From positions 1 to 33,442 of IMG/VR virus record IMGVR_UViG_3300035135_000065: a stretch of 33,442 nt of DNA. One strand, written 5' to 3'. Source of the DNA: a virus. Lineage: Duplodnaviria > Caudoviricetes. Below the pieces are notes generated by a model, which worked only from the letters and a program-made list of their open reading frames with translations, made no database searches and had not been told where the DNA came from. This document shows positions 17,502 to 27,579 of the stretch, one piece after another. Position 1 is the first letter of the stretch. Each line of letters begins with the position of its first letter. The position numbers and the translations under genes are program-made.

Positions 17502-18048
17502 CTACACCCCACCTCACATCTTTTCTAACCTGAGTAGCAAATTCCATACCTCTATCACCTGAACTAAATGCTTGTTGTGATTCATCTGTATAATGTCTGC
17601 CTTTTGTTAAATTCCAATTTGCCCAATGACTTGCAACTGTCATTGATATTGCAGTATCGCTAATACTCTCTGCAATAGATACGTTTCTTATTTGTCCTGT
17701 AAAATAATTTATAGCACCAACAATAGTTTCATTTGTATCAAAGTAAGCTATATATATTTCTACTGTTTTATCAGTAAAAGAACCATCTTGTACTAAACTT
17801 CTTACTTGGTCAGTAACATTAGAGAAACCCAAATTTATTTCATTAACCTGTAGTTGACCTGTTTCAGTTGTTGAATCAACAGTTAAAAAAGAACCACCAG
17901 CTTCATAACTATTAGAATCATAAGTGACATTAGAATACCAATCAGTTAATCTGATAGTAGATGATAAATTTAACTCAACTAGAAAAGCTGTCTTAGTTGC
18001 TGTTGATGATACTTGAGTTTGTAAAGCAGATGATAAACTTCTAGGCAT
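17494..18048 (-). CDS. minor tail/hub protein
   Basis: Between distal tail and tip genes; C-terminal DRGMEF....VRWG motif. Confidence 0.75.
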   Translation of the reverse strand: MPRSLSSALQTQVSSTATKTAFLVELNLSSTIRLTDWYSNVTYDSNSYEAGGSFLTVDSTTETGQLQVNEINLGFSNVTDQVRSLVQDGSFTDKTVEIYIAYFDTNETIVGAINYFTGQIRNVSIAESISDTAISMTVASHWANWNLTKGRHYTDESQQAFSSGDRGMEFATQVRKDVRWGVDA

Positions 18049-18653
18049 TAGGTTATAACCTCTCTAACATCAAATGAAATACTATAAAAACCACTAGCAT
18101 CTGTTGAATACATAATTTCATCAGATTCAAGATAAACAGTGAAACTAGGTTTATTTACAGTAACAGCTTCATTATCTGCTAGAGATGCTACTAGATTTGG
18201 TGATATTAGAACAGTTAATGCTCCACTACCATCAGAATCAATATCTGATTGAACCATATAGACTTTACTATGATTGGCAAACTTAATTAAATCGCCTGCT
18301 TTTAAAGCACCTAATTGACTTGCTGAAAAACCATCTAATTCAATTTGTGAATCACCTACTGCTTGTGAACCAACTACTTGAATATCTGTTTCTGCTTTAC
18401 CAGCACCTAAATTATCTAATGGTGCAACTATAGTAAAGTCTCCGAAAGAACCTTTTTGTTTTTGTAAAAATGCAAATACTTCTTGAGCCTTTTCTTGTTG
18501 TAAAGGTGGCATTTGCACTGTAAAAGAAAAATATTGACTACCTATTTGTCTGACTTGTTTTTTACCTGATAAAGTCTGATTTAATAAAGTAGGTCTATTA
18601 TCTTTAAAATTTAAACTTCTAAAATTAGGAGATGTTGGAAATTGTCCTGACAT
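18048..18653 (-). CDS. distal tail protein
   Basis: Directly after tape measure; LKAGDLIKFANHSKVYMV motif. Confidence 0.75.
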   Translation of the reverse strand: MSGQFPTSPNFRSLNFKDNRPTLLNQTLSGKKQVRQIGSQYFSFTVQMPPLQQEKAQEVFAFLQKQKGSFGDFTIVAPLDNLGAGKAETDIQVVGSQAVGDSQIELDGFSASQLGALKAGDLIKFANHSKVYMVQSDIDSDGSGALTVLISPNLVASLADNEAVTVNKPSFTVYLESDEIMYSTDASGFYSISFDVREVIT

Positions 18654-20389
18654 TATACGACTCCCATTTTGCCTTGATTATTCATGGCGTTGTTTATGAT
18701 TGATGTTATCAATCCTTTTCTTGATGCTAATAACTGGTCAAATCCAGCAGCATCTACTGTTGATATATTAAAGTTTACTGTAGCACCCATACCCTGACCT
18801 TTAGTATGGTCAATAACAGTTTCATTAGGATGTACCATAGCTAATTGACCACCACGACCATCTAACCCACCTGCTCTAACACCCATACCTGTATAACCAC
18901 CACCTTCAAAATTTTGAAAGCCATCAACAGCACTTCCAATATTATTAAATTCTTTACCAATATTGCCACCACCAATAAATGCTCTAAATGGGTCAATTAT
19001 TTTAGATATAATTAGTTGTTGTATTGCTACTCTAGCTAATTGGTCAACAACATAAGTTGCAAAATCTTCAAATTTTAATTTACCAGTTTTTAATCCATCA
19101 ACTATTGCATCTTCAAATTTTTTCATTGAACTTACCGCTACTGTATCTAATGATTTACTAATATCTGTTAAAGAATTTTTATATGAAGTTAATGGATTCA
19201 TAGCATCAAACATAGCATCTGCAGATTCTTTAGTGCTATTGGTTAATGTATTTGTAGAATCTATTAAATCATCTTCTGTAATTTTTAAATCAAGCAATCC
19301 ATTAGCTAATGCATAAGCCTTATCTCTAAATTCTGTATTACCTTTAATTAATTCATTAGTTTGAACAGCAAGTTTTGCTTCTGCTTGCACTAAACCAATT
19401 TCTAATGCAGTTCCTACAGCTTTTGTGGCTGGTAAAAGTTCTAATATACTCTGAGCAAAATTAGCAAACTTCAAAGTCATATTAGGTAAAATAGTATCTA
19501 AATTAACTGATAAAGTAGCTAATGCTAATTGAAATTCACCAAGTGCTTTTATTGCAGCAGCAACACCATCTATTACAGCATTAGCAATATTCATTCCTAA
19601 TTTATCAAAACCACCAGCAGATTTTTGTATTTCTGAAAATTTTTCAGCAATTGATTTTTGTAATTTCTCTAAAGCTGGTAAAAATGCAGTTGTAATATTA
19701 TCTCTAACAGCTTTTACTTGCATACCAAGAACACCAACAGCATCATTAAATGCTTCTGTTCTTCTAATAACCTTTGTTGATAATATAATTCCTAAATCTT
19801 CTGCTCTTTTAATAAAGCCATCTAAACCCCTTTCAGATAAATCTTCTATAGCACTAGTAAGTAATATACCCTGTCTACCAAATAAATTTGCTAAAGCTGT
19901 AGCCTTTTCAGTTTGTGAACCTAGCTTTGAAATACCATCTGCTGTTTCAGCTAATATTTGGTCTGTAGTTTTATAATTACCAGCAGCATCTACTAATTCA
20001 ACATTAATAGCTCTAAATATATCTTGTTGTGTTTTTAATCCTCTTTGAGCATCACCAACACTTCTTGCAAATTTTTCTAATGCTTTATTAGCACCCTCTA
20101 TATTTGTTCCTGATTCTCTAGCAGCTAAATGAAATGCTTGTATTGTAGAAGTTGCAATACCAGTTCTTGTTGCTGTCTTACCAATAGCATCAATAAAATC
20201 AAAAGATTTTTTAACAAGTATAGTTAAAGCACCTGCTGTAGCTGTTGCAGCTAAACCAACACCTGCTACACCTTTAGATGCTGTAGCAGCAGCTCCACCA
20301 ACAGTTTTTAATCCTTTAGTAACTTTATCAAAAGCTGCCTTAGTCTTATCTACTGCTGTTAATTCAAACTTTACCTTTTTATTTGCCAT
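18653..20389 (-). CDS. tail tape measure protein
   Basis: LTAVDKTKAAF start, Ala-rich helical body, FEGGGYTG...AMVHPNETV C-terminus; follows the chaperone genes. Confidence 0.9.
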   Translation of the reverse strand: MANKKVKFELTAVDKTKAAFDKVTKGLKTVGGAAATASKGVAGVGLAATATAGALTILVKKSFDFIDAIGKTATRTGIATSTIQAFHLAARESGTNIEGANKALEKFARSVGDAQRGLKTQQDIFRAINVELVDAAGNYKTTDQILAETADGISKLGSQTEKATALANLFGRQGILLTSAIEDLSERGLDGFIKRAEDLGIILSTKVIRRTEAFNDAVGVLGMQVKAVRDNITTAFLPALEKLQKSIAEKFSEIQKSAGGFDKLGMNIANAVIDGVAAAIKALGEFQLALATLSVNLDTILPNMTLKFANFAQSILELLPATKAVGTALEIGLVQAEAKLAVQTNELIKGNTEFRDKAYALANGLLDLKITEDDLIDSTNTLTNSTKESADAMFDAMNPLTSYKNSLTDISKSLDTVAVSSMKKFEDAIVDGLKTGKLKFEDFATYVVDQLARVAIQQLIISKIIDPFRAFIGGGNIGKEFNNIGSAVDGFQNFEGGGYTGMGVRAGGLDGRGGQLAMVHPNETVIDHTKGQGMGATVNFNISTVDAAGFDQLLASRKGLITSIINNAMNNQGKMGVV

Positions 20390-20539
20390 TGTTTCGTTTC
20401 TCTTCAGCTAACTCTAAGTAAGCTATCCATCCTTGATATTCTTGGACACTAATTTCTTGAATCTCTTGTAAGGTTTTACCTAGTTTTTCAGCAAGTGCAT
20501 ATTGCACATATAAATTAGTATCCTCTATTAGTTTTTTTT
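20379..20539 (-). CDS. gpT-like frame of tail assembly chaperone, reached by -1 frameshift
   Basis: -1 frame reads KKLIEDTNLYVQYALAEKLGKTLQEIQEISVQEYQGWIAYLELAEEKRNNGK*; slippery A AAA AAC at 20537-20531. Confidence 0.85.
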
Positions 20540-20863
20540 CGTGTCCTCAATAGACTCTTGACCCATAATCTGTGTCGCTATGCTAACTAATATCTCTCTA
20601 TCAACTTGATTTAATAAAGCATTTTTATCTGCTAAATCAAAAAGTTTATCTCCATTTTCATCTAATGCTTTATAAATAAGAACATAAGCCATCATCGTTA
20701 AATCATCTTCTTTACTCATTTTATAAAGTTTAGAAGTTTCAGCTAACGTTAATGGCTTACTGTATATTTTAAGAGGTTTATTCTCATCACCCCATTCAGG
20801 CACTTCGATTACTTTTACATCTTGCTCTGCAAAATGTTTCTTTGCGTTATCTATTGCTGACAT
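20528..20863 (-). CDS. tail assembly chaperone (gpG-like)
   Basis: IEVPEWG, DENGDKLF; ends KKN* on a slippery site; between tube and tape measure. Confidence 0.87.
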   Translation of the reverse strand: MSAIDNAKKHFAEQDVKVIEVPEWGDENKPLKIYSKPLTLAETSKLYKMSKEDDLTMMAYVLIYKALDENGDKLFDLADKNALLNQVDREILVSIATQIMGQESIEDTKKN

Positions 20864-20867
20864 GTTC

Positions 20868-21257
20868 TTATACTGTTGTTGATGTTAATGCACCAGTTCC
20901 TTGAACTGAAATACTAGCTTCAACTAATCCATCAAATGATGCACTTCTTGAAACACCAGTAACAATAGCTGAACCACTGTAATAAGTATCACCTGCTGTA
21001 TCTCCTTCAGGATATACATTAAGAGTTACTTCTGAGCCAATAGTTAATGCACCTTGACCACTAGTATCAGTCTCATCCCAAAATACATCTAAACTTCCTG
21101 AGAAAGAAGTCAATGATGATTTGTACGTTCTAGCAGAATCACCCATTGAAGTATCTTCTAAAGTATCAGCAGATTCTTCTATTGAGTAAGACCTTATTTC
21201 AGCTACAGCATTTGAACCAACTTTTACAGTTCCTTCTGAACCCTTATGAGTCGCCAT
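20868..21257 (-). CDS. major tail tube protein
   Basis: EDTSMGD, FSGSLDVFWD, SISVQGTGAL; position. Confidence 0.87.
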   Translation of the reverse strand: MATHKGSEGTVKVGSNAVAEIRSYSIEESADTLEDTSMGDSARTYKSSLTSFSGSLDVFWDETDTSGQGALTIGSEVTLNVYPEGDTAGDTYYSGSAIVTGVSRSASFDGLVEASISVQGTGALTSTTV

Positions 21258-21411
21258 ATTTCACCTCGTCTTTCGACTTTTTCTTAGAAGAAGATTTAAC
21301 TTTATCTTGCGAATGGACTGCTTCCTCTTTCCAACCCATATTCAATAAACTCTCAACCTTAGAAGGATGAGCTTTTATAGAAACTTTGCCATCAGGACTA
21401 ATCATTTTCAT
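21244..21411 (-). CDS. 55-aa hypothetical protein (MKMISPDGKVSIKAHPSKVESLLNMGWKEE...)
   Basis: Own translation; AGGAG RBS; fills the terminator-tube gap. Confidence 0.7.
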   Translation of the reverse strand: MKMISPDGKVSIKAHPSKVESLLNMGWKEEAVHSQDKVKSSSKKKSKDEVKYGDS

Positions 21412-21421
21412 AATTGTCTCC

Positions 21422-21862
21422 TTATACTGCTACGTCAGGATTAGTTTCCTTAACGTAGTAATTAGTTAAGAAGGTTAAACTCACATATCCTAGTGGTTTC
21501 TCACCTTCACCATTAAACTCTATTTCTGTTGATTCTAAATAGCAATCCTTAGCTAATCCATCTAAAGTTCTATCTGCTGCTATTGCTTCTTCAACTTCTT
21601 TTGATATTGTATCAATAGTATCGTCAAAGTCACTAGTAGCTTTTGCATATCCTTCTACTACTACTGACAATTCTCTACTCATAACTCTATCAGTACCTAT
21701 AACTATTGGTTCAGATGTTTCTGACTTAGTATAGATAACTAGTGCTGGTACTGTCTCTAATGGATAAACCCTTGACTCATAAACTCTTGAACCAGTTGTA
21801 GTTAAACCAGTCAAAGTAGTTCCAAACTTTTCTCTTATTTGTTGTCTTATATGATTTGCCAT
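21422..21862 (-). CDS. tail terminator (gpU-like)
   Basis: HIRQQIRE, RVYESRVYP, PALVIYT; position before the tube gene. Confidence 0.8.
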   Translation of the reverse strand: MANHIRQQIREKFGTTLTGLTTTGSRVYESRVYPLETVPALVIYTKSETSEPIVIGTDRVMSRELSVVVEGYAKATSDFDDTIDTISKEVEEAIAADRTLDGLAKDCYLESTEIEFNGEGEKPLGYVSLTFLTNYYVKETNPDVAV

Positions 21863-22212
21863 TATATTTCCTCTAACATTAATGCACTAAAACCTGTTCT
21901 ATCTGCTTGTATATTAACAACAGTATAGCTTTGTGCTGCTTTGAGTATATTACCATTTGTATCTTTAATTGCAGATACATCTAATCTATTTCCAAATGCA
22001 ATATTTGGTACATCTATAGTTCTGCAATAGGCTATTGGTTTTAATGCTTCTACACCAATACCTTCTTCTTGTTCTACATATTCATTATTTAAAATAATAT
22101 TAATTGTTGTAGAAGTACCATTGTTTGTATAAACAGCAGATACTCCATGACCATAATTTATATCTAAATATCCAGCCATATCTAATTCAGTTTCTAATCT
22201 AAATTGAGACAT
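21862..22212 (-). CDS. head closure protein (gpFII-like), paralogue 2
   Basis: beta-rich; ends DRTGFSALMLEE; aligns with 22212..22616. Confidence 0.72.
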   Translation of the reverse strand: MSQFRLETELDMAGYLDINYGHGVSAVYTNNGTSTTINIILNNEYVEQEEGIGVEALKPIAYCRTIDVPNIAFGNRLDVSAIKDTNGNILKAAQSYTVVNIQADRTGFSALMLEEI

Positions 22213-22616
22213 TACTGCTCCTCTAAAACTAATGAAACTAATCCTGTATTATCAGGTTCTACTGTTTTTACTAGGAATGTAGTTTCAGGTTTAAGAACAC
22301 TACCTTTATCAGTTGTAATTGCATCAACAACTAATTTATCTTCTTGAGATATATAAGGCACATCAGATGATTTAATTATTGCTCTAGGTTGATAACCAGC
22401 AACAGGAACAGTACCACCCTCTATATTGAAATATTCTTGGTCTATTATGATATTAACACTATAGGCATCTCCTGAATCAATATCAAACCAAGTATCAATT
22501 AATCCTTGTCTTGCATCCCATAGTGAAGATTGGACTTCAAAGAATGTAGCAGTAACACCATGACCTGTTGTTGTATCAACATAGGCGTTAAAATCTAATG
22601 CACTCTCTAAAGGCAT
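22212..22616 (-). CDS. head closure protein (gpFII-like), paralogue 1
   Basis: Ends EPDNTGLVSLVLEE, typical of FII-like proteins. Confidence 0.72.
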   Translation of the reverse strand: MPLESALDFNAYVDTTTGHGVTATFFEVQSSLWDARQGLIDTWFDIDSGDAYSVNIIIDQEYFNIEGGTVPVAGYQPRAIIKSSDVPYISQEDKLVVDAITTDKGSVLKPETTFLVKTVEPDNTGLVSLVLEEQ

Positions 22617-22619
22617 GAT

Positions 22620-22835
22620 TTATTTTTTAGCTCTTGTTTTTGGAGCTTTTGTTTTTGAAGTTTTTAAACCTACGCTTCTATCTTGTTTTTCAGCTTTAGG
22701 CTTACCTACATGAACTTCAGCTTTACCATATCCACATAAAGCATGACCTTCATGTTCAGGTAATTCAACTATATCGCCAGCATGAACTTTAGAACCACCA
22801 GCCATTGTATCTGTTAATATTTTATATTTTTTCAT
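22620..22835 (-). CDS. small post-capsid protein (gpFI/decoration position)
   Basis: AGDIVEL...L...GKAE motif with basic tail; start 22835 is just after the hairpin. Confidence 0.65.
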   Translation of the reverse strand: MKKYKILTDTMAGGSKVHAGDIVELPEHEGHALCGYGKAEVHVGKPKAEKQDRSVGLKTSKTKAPKTRAKK

Positions 22836-22843
22836 TTCTAAGT

Positions 22844-22863
22844 TGGCGGTATTGCTACCGCCA
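22844..22863 (-). terminator. GNRA-capped hairpin after the capsid gene (attenuator or mRNA stabiliser)
   Basis: TGGCGGTA-GCAA-TACCGCCA, 8-bp stem; no good U-tract. Confidence 0.6.
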
Positions 22864-22884
22864 TTCCATTTAAGCATCAGTTAA

Positions 22885-25452
22885 TTAGTCGCTTGATTTA
22901 CAGAAAGATACTGCATGTCTTACAGCAACATCAACAGTTTGTAGAGCAACAATTCTTACTCCACCTGAAGTTGATAATGCAAAAGGGTCTACAGAAATAT
23001 CTAACCCACCGTACATACCAATTAATAAGTCTGCAAAGTTACCAAAGTAGAAATCACCACTTGTTACTTGATTACTTCTAACAACATTATAACCATTCAT
23101 AGTGTTATCAGGAGAAACAACAAACTGAGCAGTATTAGTTGCTTTTTCAGTTGTTTTCAAAGTACCAAAGTCAGCAGGTCTACAGATATAAGCTAAAGAA
23201 CCAGTTAAGGCATTATCATTAGCAACTGCACTTTCCATAGCTACAATTTCAGCCCATGTTGGATTAGCAGCAGCAAATGTAGTTGTGTTAATACCTGAAG
23301 TATTAGCAATACCTGTTGGTTGTCCGCTTGAACCTGAACCAGCTAGAGCACCTAAATCAATAGAAGTTGCTATAGATTTTGTTAGGTCATCTCTAATTAA
23401 GTTCTCAACATCTAATGATGATTGTTGTAATAAGAGTCTTGTTGCATCAGTAAAAGCACCAATTACTTTTGGTGACATTGTTACTGAACCTGAAGTGAAC
23501 TCACTTTCAGAAGCAGCATTACCTTCAGTTGCAATCCAACCAGCAGATGAAGCAGCAGTTTTCTTAGGAATTACAACATTACCTTGTAATCCTCTTAGCA
23601 TTGTTGCTCCAGCTTGCATTACTGAAGATTCGTTTCTTAATACATCAATAAAATCTCCACCTCTATAATCTTCACTAATTAGTGTTGAATCATCAGATGA
23701 ATTGATGTCTCTTTTACCCCAAGTTCTTAGCACATCAGCAGGTAACATGATACCTTGAGCATCTTTACCATACTGTCTTGCAGCTTCAGCAGAACATTCA
23801 AATTCGAATGCAGCTTCTTCTTGGGCTTTTCTGTCAGAAGGATTAGCCATAGCTCTGATTGCTCTTACTAAGCTAAAATCTCTTACTTCTTCTTTAGTCA
23901 TGCCAATTTCTGAAGGAGTTTCTAAAGGAGTATTGTTAGAAATGTTTTCTAATAAAATTCCTCTAAATTCTGCAACAGAGATACCATCACTAATTGCTTT
24001 ATCAGCTAAATCTCTTTTGTTGTGCTTAACAGCTAAATCAATGATTTCTTTTGAATTTCTTTTGAATTCAGCTTTAGCGTCTTCAACAGTTTGAGCTCTA
24101 ACTTCGTCAAGATTAATATCTTGTTTCTTTTCGTTTTCCATTAGTTTTACCTCAATGTTATTATTTTGTTTATCTTTACTACGACCAACTCCAACAAGTC
24201 TTGACTGGTCAGCAGGGACAGATACAGAAGATACTTCCATAGGAGTCCACTGAGCTTTATAGTAAGTCTCATCTTTGTGTTCATAGCGTTCTAATTTATC
24301 GATTCGATATCCAACAGATATATTCATACGAATACCATCTTTTACGTCTTCAAATACTTCACGAGCTAAAGCAGATTTTCCAAATCTAACTACAGCAGTT
24401 GTCCTCTTTGCTGTCTCATCTAATTTGAATTCTTCAATCACACCAATTTGCTTAGTCATATCATGGTCAAGCAATAATGGTGCTCTTCCTGAATTTATAA
24501 ACTCCATGTTTATATCTTCAGCAGAATGTCCTAGCACTTCCATGCCAAAACTTCTTTCAACAGGTTCTTCAGAAGAAACACCTACACGAACTATTCTTTT
24601 TTCTTCATCAAGATAAGAATGTTTAGATAAATCAATAGTTCTATATTTCATAGGCATATCAATTACTTTTCTTTCCTCATCTTCATGTTCCATAGATACT
24701 TCGTCTAGCATTTCTACTTCTTCACCTTCTTGTTCATCCTCGTGGTGTTTTGAGAACTCAATGATTACAGAATCATCAGTCTCATTCACGTTGAGGATAT
24801 GTCTATCTTCTTTATTCATAGATTTCTCCTCTTTATTTTTAGTTGATAAAGGATGTCCTTCAGGTAGTAGGTCTGTATCATGTTTGCCACTTCTGAACTT
24901 ACCATTTCTTAAAGCAAATAAGAAACTGTTAATTCTAGCTGCTGCCCATTGTTCAGGACTACTAACTGATGGTCTGACTGAAGCCGGATTAGTTTTATAT
25001 GCACCAATCCCTCTTTCATAAACTTTTGATAAAGTAGATACGTTAGTTCTTTTTGACTTAACATCACCAACTTCTTCGTTATGTTCTTCTACTTTGTTTT
25101 TAATCATTTCAAGAGCTTTACCTGATACTGCTCTTTCTTCTTTGTTTTTCATTTGATTTACTTTTGTTTCTGACCATTTATAACCAGCATCTCCACCCCA
25201 TAATGCCCAAGCTATTCTGCCATTAGAAGGATAACCTTCTTCACCAGCATTAAAACCTTCTGCTTGTTTATCTACTTCATGTCTTGAGAAGAAGCTATAC
25301 ATTCTTTTGATAGTATCATCAGATAGGTTTTCACCAGCTACTATTTGTCTTGCTCTTACAGCACCAACTCTAGTACCACCACGACCAAACTCCTCTCTCC
25401 AGTCTAAACCTTTTTGAGCTTCAACTTTCATTCCTTCAGTTGGTCTAGCCAT
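22885..25452 (-). CDS. capsid polyprotein: two N-terminal accessory domains + HK97-type prohead protease + scaffold/major capsid protein
   Basis: Protease motifs PLLLDHD, ISVGY, EVSSVSVPAD; HK97-fold capsid motifs (GWIATEG, VTMSPK, FGNFADL, DVAVRH); start MARPTEG overlaps the portal stop. Confidence 0.9.
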   Translation of the reverse strand: MARPTEGMKVEAQKGLDWREEFGRGGTRVGAVRARQIVAGENLSDDTIKRMYSFFSRHEVDKQAEGFNAGEEGYPSNGRIAWALWGGDAGYKWSETKVNQMKNKEERAVSGKALEMIKNKVEEHNEEVGDVKSKRTNVSTLSKVYERGIGAYKTNPASVRPSVSSPEQWAAARINSFLFALRNGKFRSGKHDTDLLPEGHPLSTKNKEEKSMNKEDRHILNVNETDDSVIIEFSKHHEDEQEGEEVEMLDEVSMEHEDEERKVIDMPMKYRTIDLSKHSYLDEEKRIVRVGVSSEEPVERSFGMEVLGHSAEDINMEFINSGRAPLLLDHDMTKQIGVIEEFKLDETAKRTTAVVRFGKSALAREVFEDVKDGIRMNISVGYRIDKLERYEHKDETYYKAQWTPMEVSSVSVPADQSRLVGVGRSKDKQNNNIEVKLMENEKKQDINLDEVRAQTVEDAKAEFKRNSKEIIDLAVKHNKRDLADKAISDGISVAEFRGILLENISNNTPLETPSEIGMTKEEVRDFSLVRAIRAMANPSDRKAQEEAAFEFECSAEAARQYGKDAQGIMLPADVLRTWGKRDINSSDDSTLISEDYRGGDFIDVLRNESSVMQAGATMLRGLQGNVVIPKKTAASSAGWIATEGNAASESEFTSGSVTMSPKVIGAFTDATRLLLQQSSLDVENLIRDDLTKSIATSIDLGALAGSGSSGQPTGIANTSGINTTTFAAANPTWAEIVAMESAVANDNALTGSLAYICRPADFGTLKTTEKATNTAQFVVSPDNTMNGYNVVRSNQVTSGDFYFGNFADLLIGMYGGLDISVDPFALSTSGGVRIVALQTVDVAVRHAVSFCKSSD

Positions 25453-26941
25453 CGTCTTCCTCTTCTCCACCTTGTATTTTAGCTTCTACGGGTAATTTTT
25501 GACCAAATGGTTGATAAGCTAATTCAATATCGTATTGTTTAGCTAGCTCTATTTCTTTTTGATGTTGTTCAAAAAGTTCTTCTGTGTCTCTGCCATAGCT
25601 AGCACTAATGTCAGAATAAGTAAGTGTTCCATTTTGTAAACCTATTACATTAGCTTGCATTTCTTTTAGCGGGTCAATCCAAGCAAAACTTCTTGGAATA
25701 TAATTTACTGACCTAGCAAACTTATCAAACTTACCCATTGGTAAATTAATATATCCAGTTGATATAGCCATCTCTAACCAAGATTGAAATACTGGATTTA
25801 CAAAATGCTCAATTACAAATTGTTGATATATCTGATACATACTTCTATCTTCTAAAGCACCTTGTCTTATTGAAGAATAATTAACTGAAGTTAAATCATT
25901 AGATAATGAATGATAAGAAATATTTAAACCTGATGCGATACTTCTTAAAACACTGGTTGTAAAAGAATCAAAAGCAGATGTTGGATGCGTAGGGTCAAAT
26001 GCTTTGAAGTCCATACCACTAGGTAATTGTTCAAATACACCAGCTTGAGCATTCATTGTTGGATTAAAGGTATCTTCATATTCACCATCACCAACATAAC
26101 CATCACCATCAGGAGATGTAAAGAAACCCATCTTAGATGCACCAACTCTAGCTGCAACTATCTCAGCTTCTAAATAACCATTTAACATTTTCACATTAGC
26201 CATAGCTGTAGCAACCAAAGAAACACCTCTAGTTTGTTCTGCTCTAGTAGGTAGGTAAGCATGGATAATCTCATCAGCAGGTACTCTTATGTGTTGTGCT
26301 TGACTTAAATAAACTCTATCGTAGGGATGGTCTTTATATAAATGATAAGCAACTGGTCTGTCATACTTATCTACTTCAACACCCATTTTAACTTTGTTGC
26401 CAGTAGCTTTATAAACATCATTTTTATTTTCATCTAAATGGTCTGCTTCTAAAAACTGTAACTGGAAACCAAAAGGTGAATTGCTGTCTTTTATTTTCCT
26501 GATTAATACTTCACCATCTCTACATAGTGATTCAACAAATATTTTTTGACAATCTAAGAATGATAGTCTGCCATTAGTAGTACAACTTCCGACTTGACCC
26601 CATTCTCTCCAAGCACGTTCAATGAGCAGGTTAGCTCCAATGTCTAAAGAACCATTATCGTTCCTAGCCTTAGAGCTAACTCTTATGCCATGCTTACCGA
26701 TAACATTAGATACCATCAGGTTTAAGTATCTTGCAATATAGCTATCGTTTCTTGCTAACTCTCTTGCTCTATCTCTTAAAATTCTTATGTTATCTTTTAT
26801 TTCAGCATCAGCACTTGTAGATGTGGTAACAAAATCTGCAAACAATCTGCCAGTGTTAGCTCCTGTATAGCTTCTTCTATATGCTTGTCTTTTCTTTTTC
26901 TTAGGTTCGTTAATACCTAATATTCTGTTATACCATGCCAT
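25445..26941 (-). CDS. portal protein, lambda gpB family
   Basis: LRDRARELARND, GVEVDKYDRPVAYH, EQTRGVS, VNYSSIRQG, WIDPLKE. Confidence 0.95.
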   Translation of the reverse strand: MAWYNRILGINEPKKKKRQAYRRSYTGANTGRLFADFVTTSTSADAEIKDNIRILRDRARELARNDSYIARYLNLMVSNVIGKHGIRVSSKARNDNGSLDIGANLLIERAWREWGQVGSCTTNGRLSFLDCQKIFVESLCRDGEVLIRKIKDSNSPFGFQLQFLEADHLDENKNDVYKATGNKVKMGVEVDKYDRPVAYHLYKDHPYDRVYLSQAQHIRVPADEIIHAYLPTRAEQTRGVSLVATAMANVKMLNGYLEAEIVAARVGASKMGFFTSPDGDGYVGDGEYEDTFNPTMNAQAGVFEQLPSGMDFKAFDPTHPTSAFDSFTTSVLRSIASGLNISYHSLSNDLTSVNYSSIRQGALEDRSMYQIYQQFVIEHFVNPVFQSWLEMAISTGYINLPMGKFDKFARSVNYIPRSFAWIDPLKEMQANVIGLQNGTLTYSDISASYGRDTEELFEQHQKEIELAKQYDIELAYQPFGQKLPVEAKIQGGEEEDDG

Positions 26942-27558
26942 TATGTGTAACTCTTAGGAGTTGAACCAGCAACTTTACCAAAATTAACTTTGATAGTGTT
27001 TCCTGACCCACGTTTATTTTTAATTCTTTGTATTTTAACTTCTTTAAGATATTCAGCCTTGTATCTATCTCTAAAAGTTAATAGTTCGTCTATAGACATT
27101 CTTGATAAAGACCTACCAGCTATAGACATAGATGATTGGTCAATATTTGCTCTGTTCTCAATAACTGCTTCGATACTATCTAAAACAATCTTTGCATGAC
27201 TTCTAACTGAAGCAGTTGTAGTTGCATAATTATCTTGGACTTCTACAAAACCTTCTTCTAGTTTGACTCTTGCAGAATCAGAACTTCTAGTTATGTAAGA
27301 TACCCAATTGTAATTACCTTTATTGTAAGAAGATGTATTACTAGCTTCGATTAAGTAAGTGTCACCTGACTCAGTTGCAGTTAATGTAAAGTTAGAAGCA
27401 GTGCTTCCATCTACAAGATTAAATTCATAAGATAATGAATAATCTGCTACTGGATAATCGTTAGCTAAATCTTCTCTTTTCCATGCCCAATAATCTCCCA
27501 ACTGAAGTTCAGTAGGAACTTGGGATGGATAATTTGTTGAATCAAATTTGTTGCTCAA
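26941..27558 (-). CDS. head completion protein (gpW-like C-terminus with N-terminal extension)
   Basis: SMSIAGRSLSRMSIDELL..RDRY motif; TTG start with GAGG RBS; precedes portal. Confidence 0.78.
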   Translation of the reverse strand: MSNKFDSTNYPSQVPTELQLGDYWAWKREDLANDYPVADYSLSYEFNLVDGSTASNFTLTATESGDTYLIEASNTSSYNKGNYNWVSYITRSSDSARVKLEEGFVEVQDNYATTTASVRSHAKIVLDSIEAVIENRANIDQSSMSIAGRSLSRMSIDELLTFRDRYKAEYLKEVKIQRIKNKRGSGNTIKVNFGKVAGSTPKSYT

Positions 27559-27579
27559 GCAAAAACCTCATAAATGTTT

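Noticed and set aside
22836-22877. N-terminal extension MLKWNGGSNTANLE
   Set aside because: Spans the GCAA hairpin; the start at 22835 fits better.
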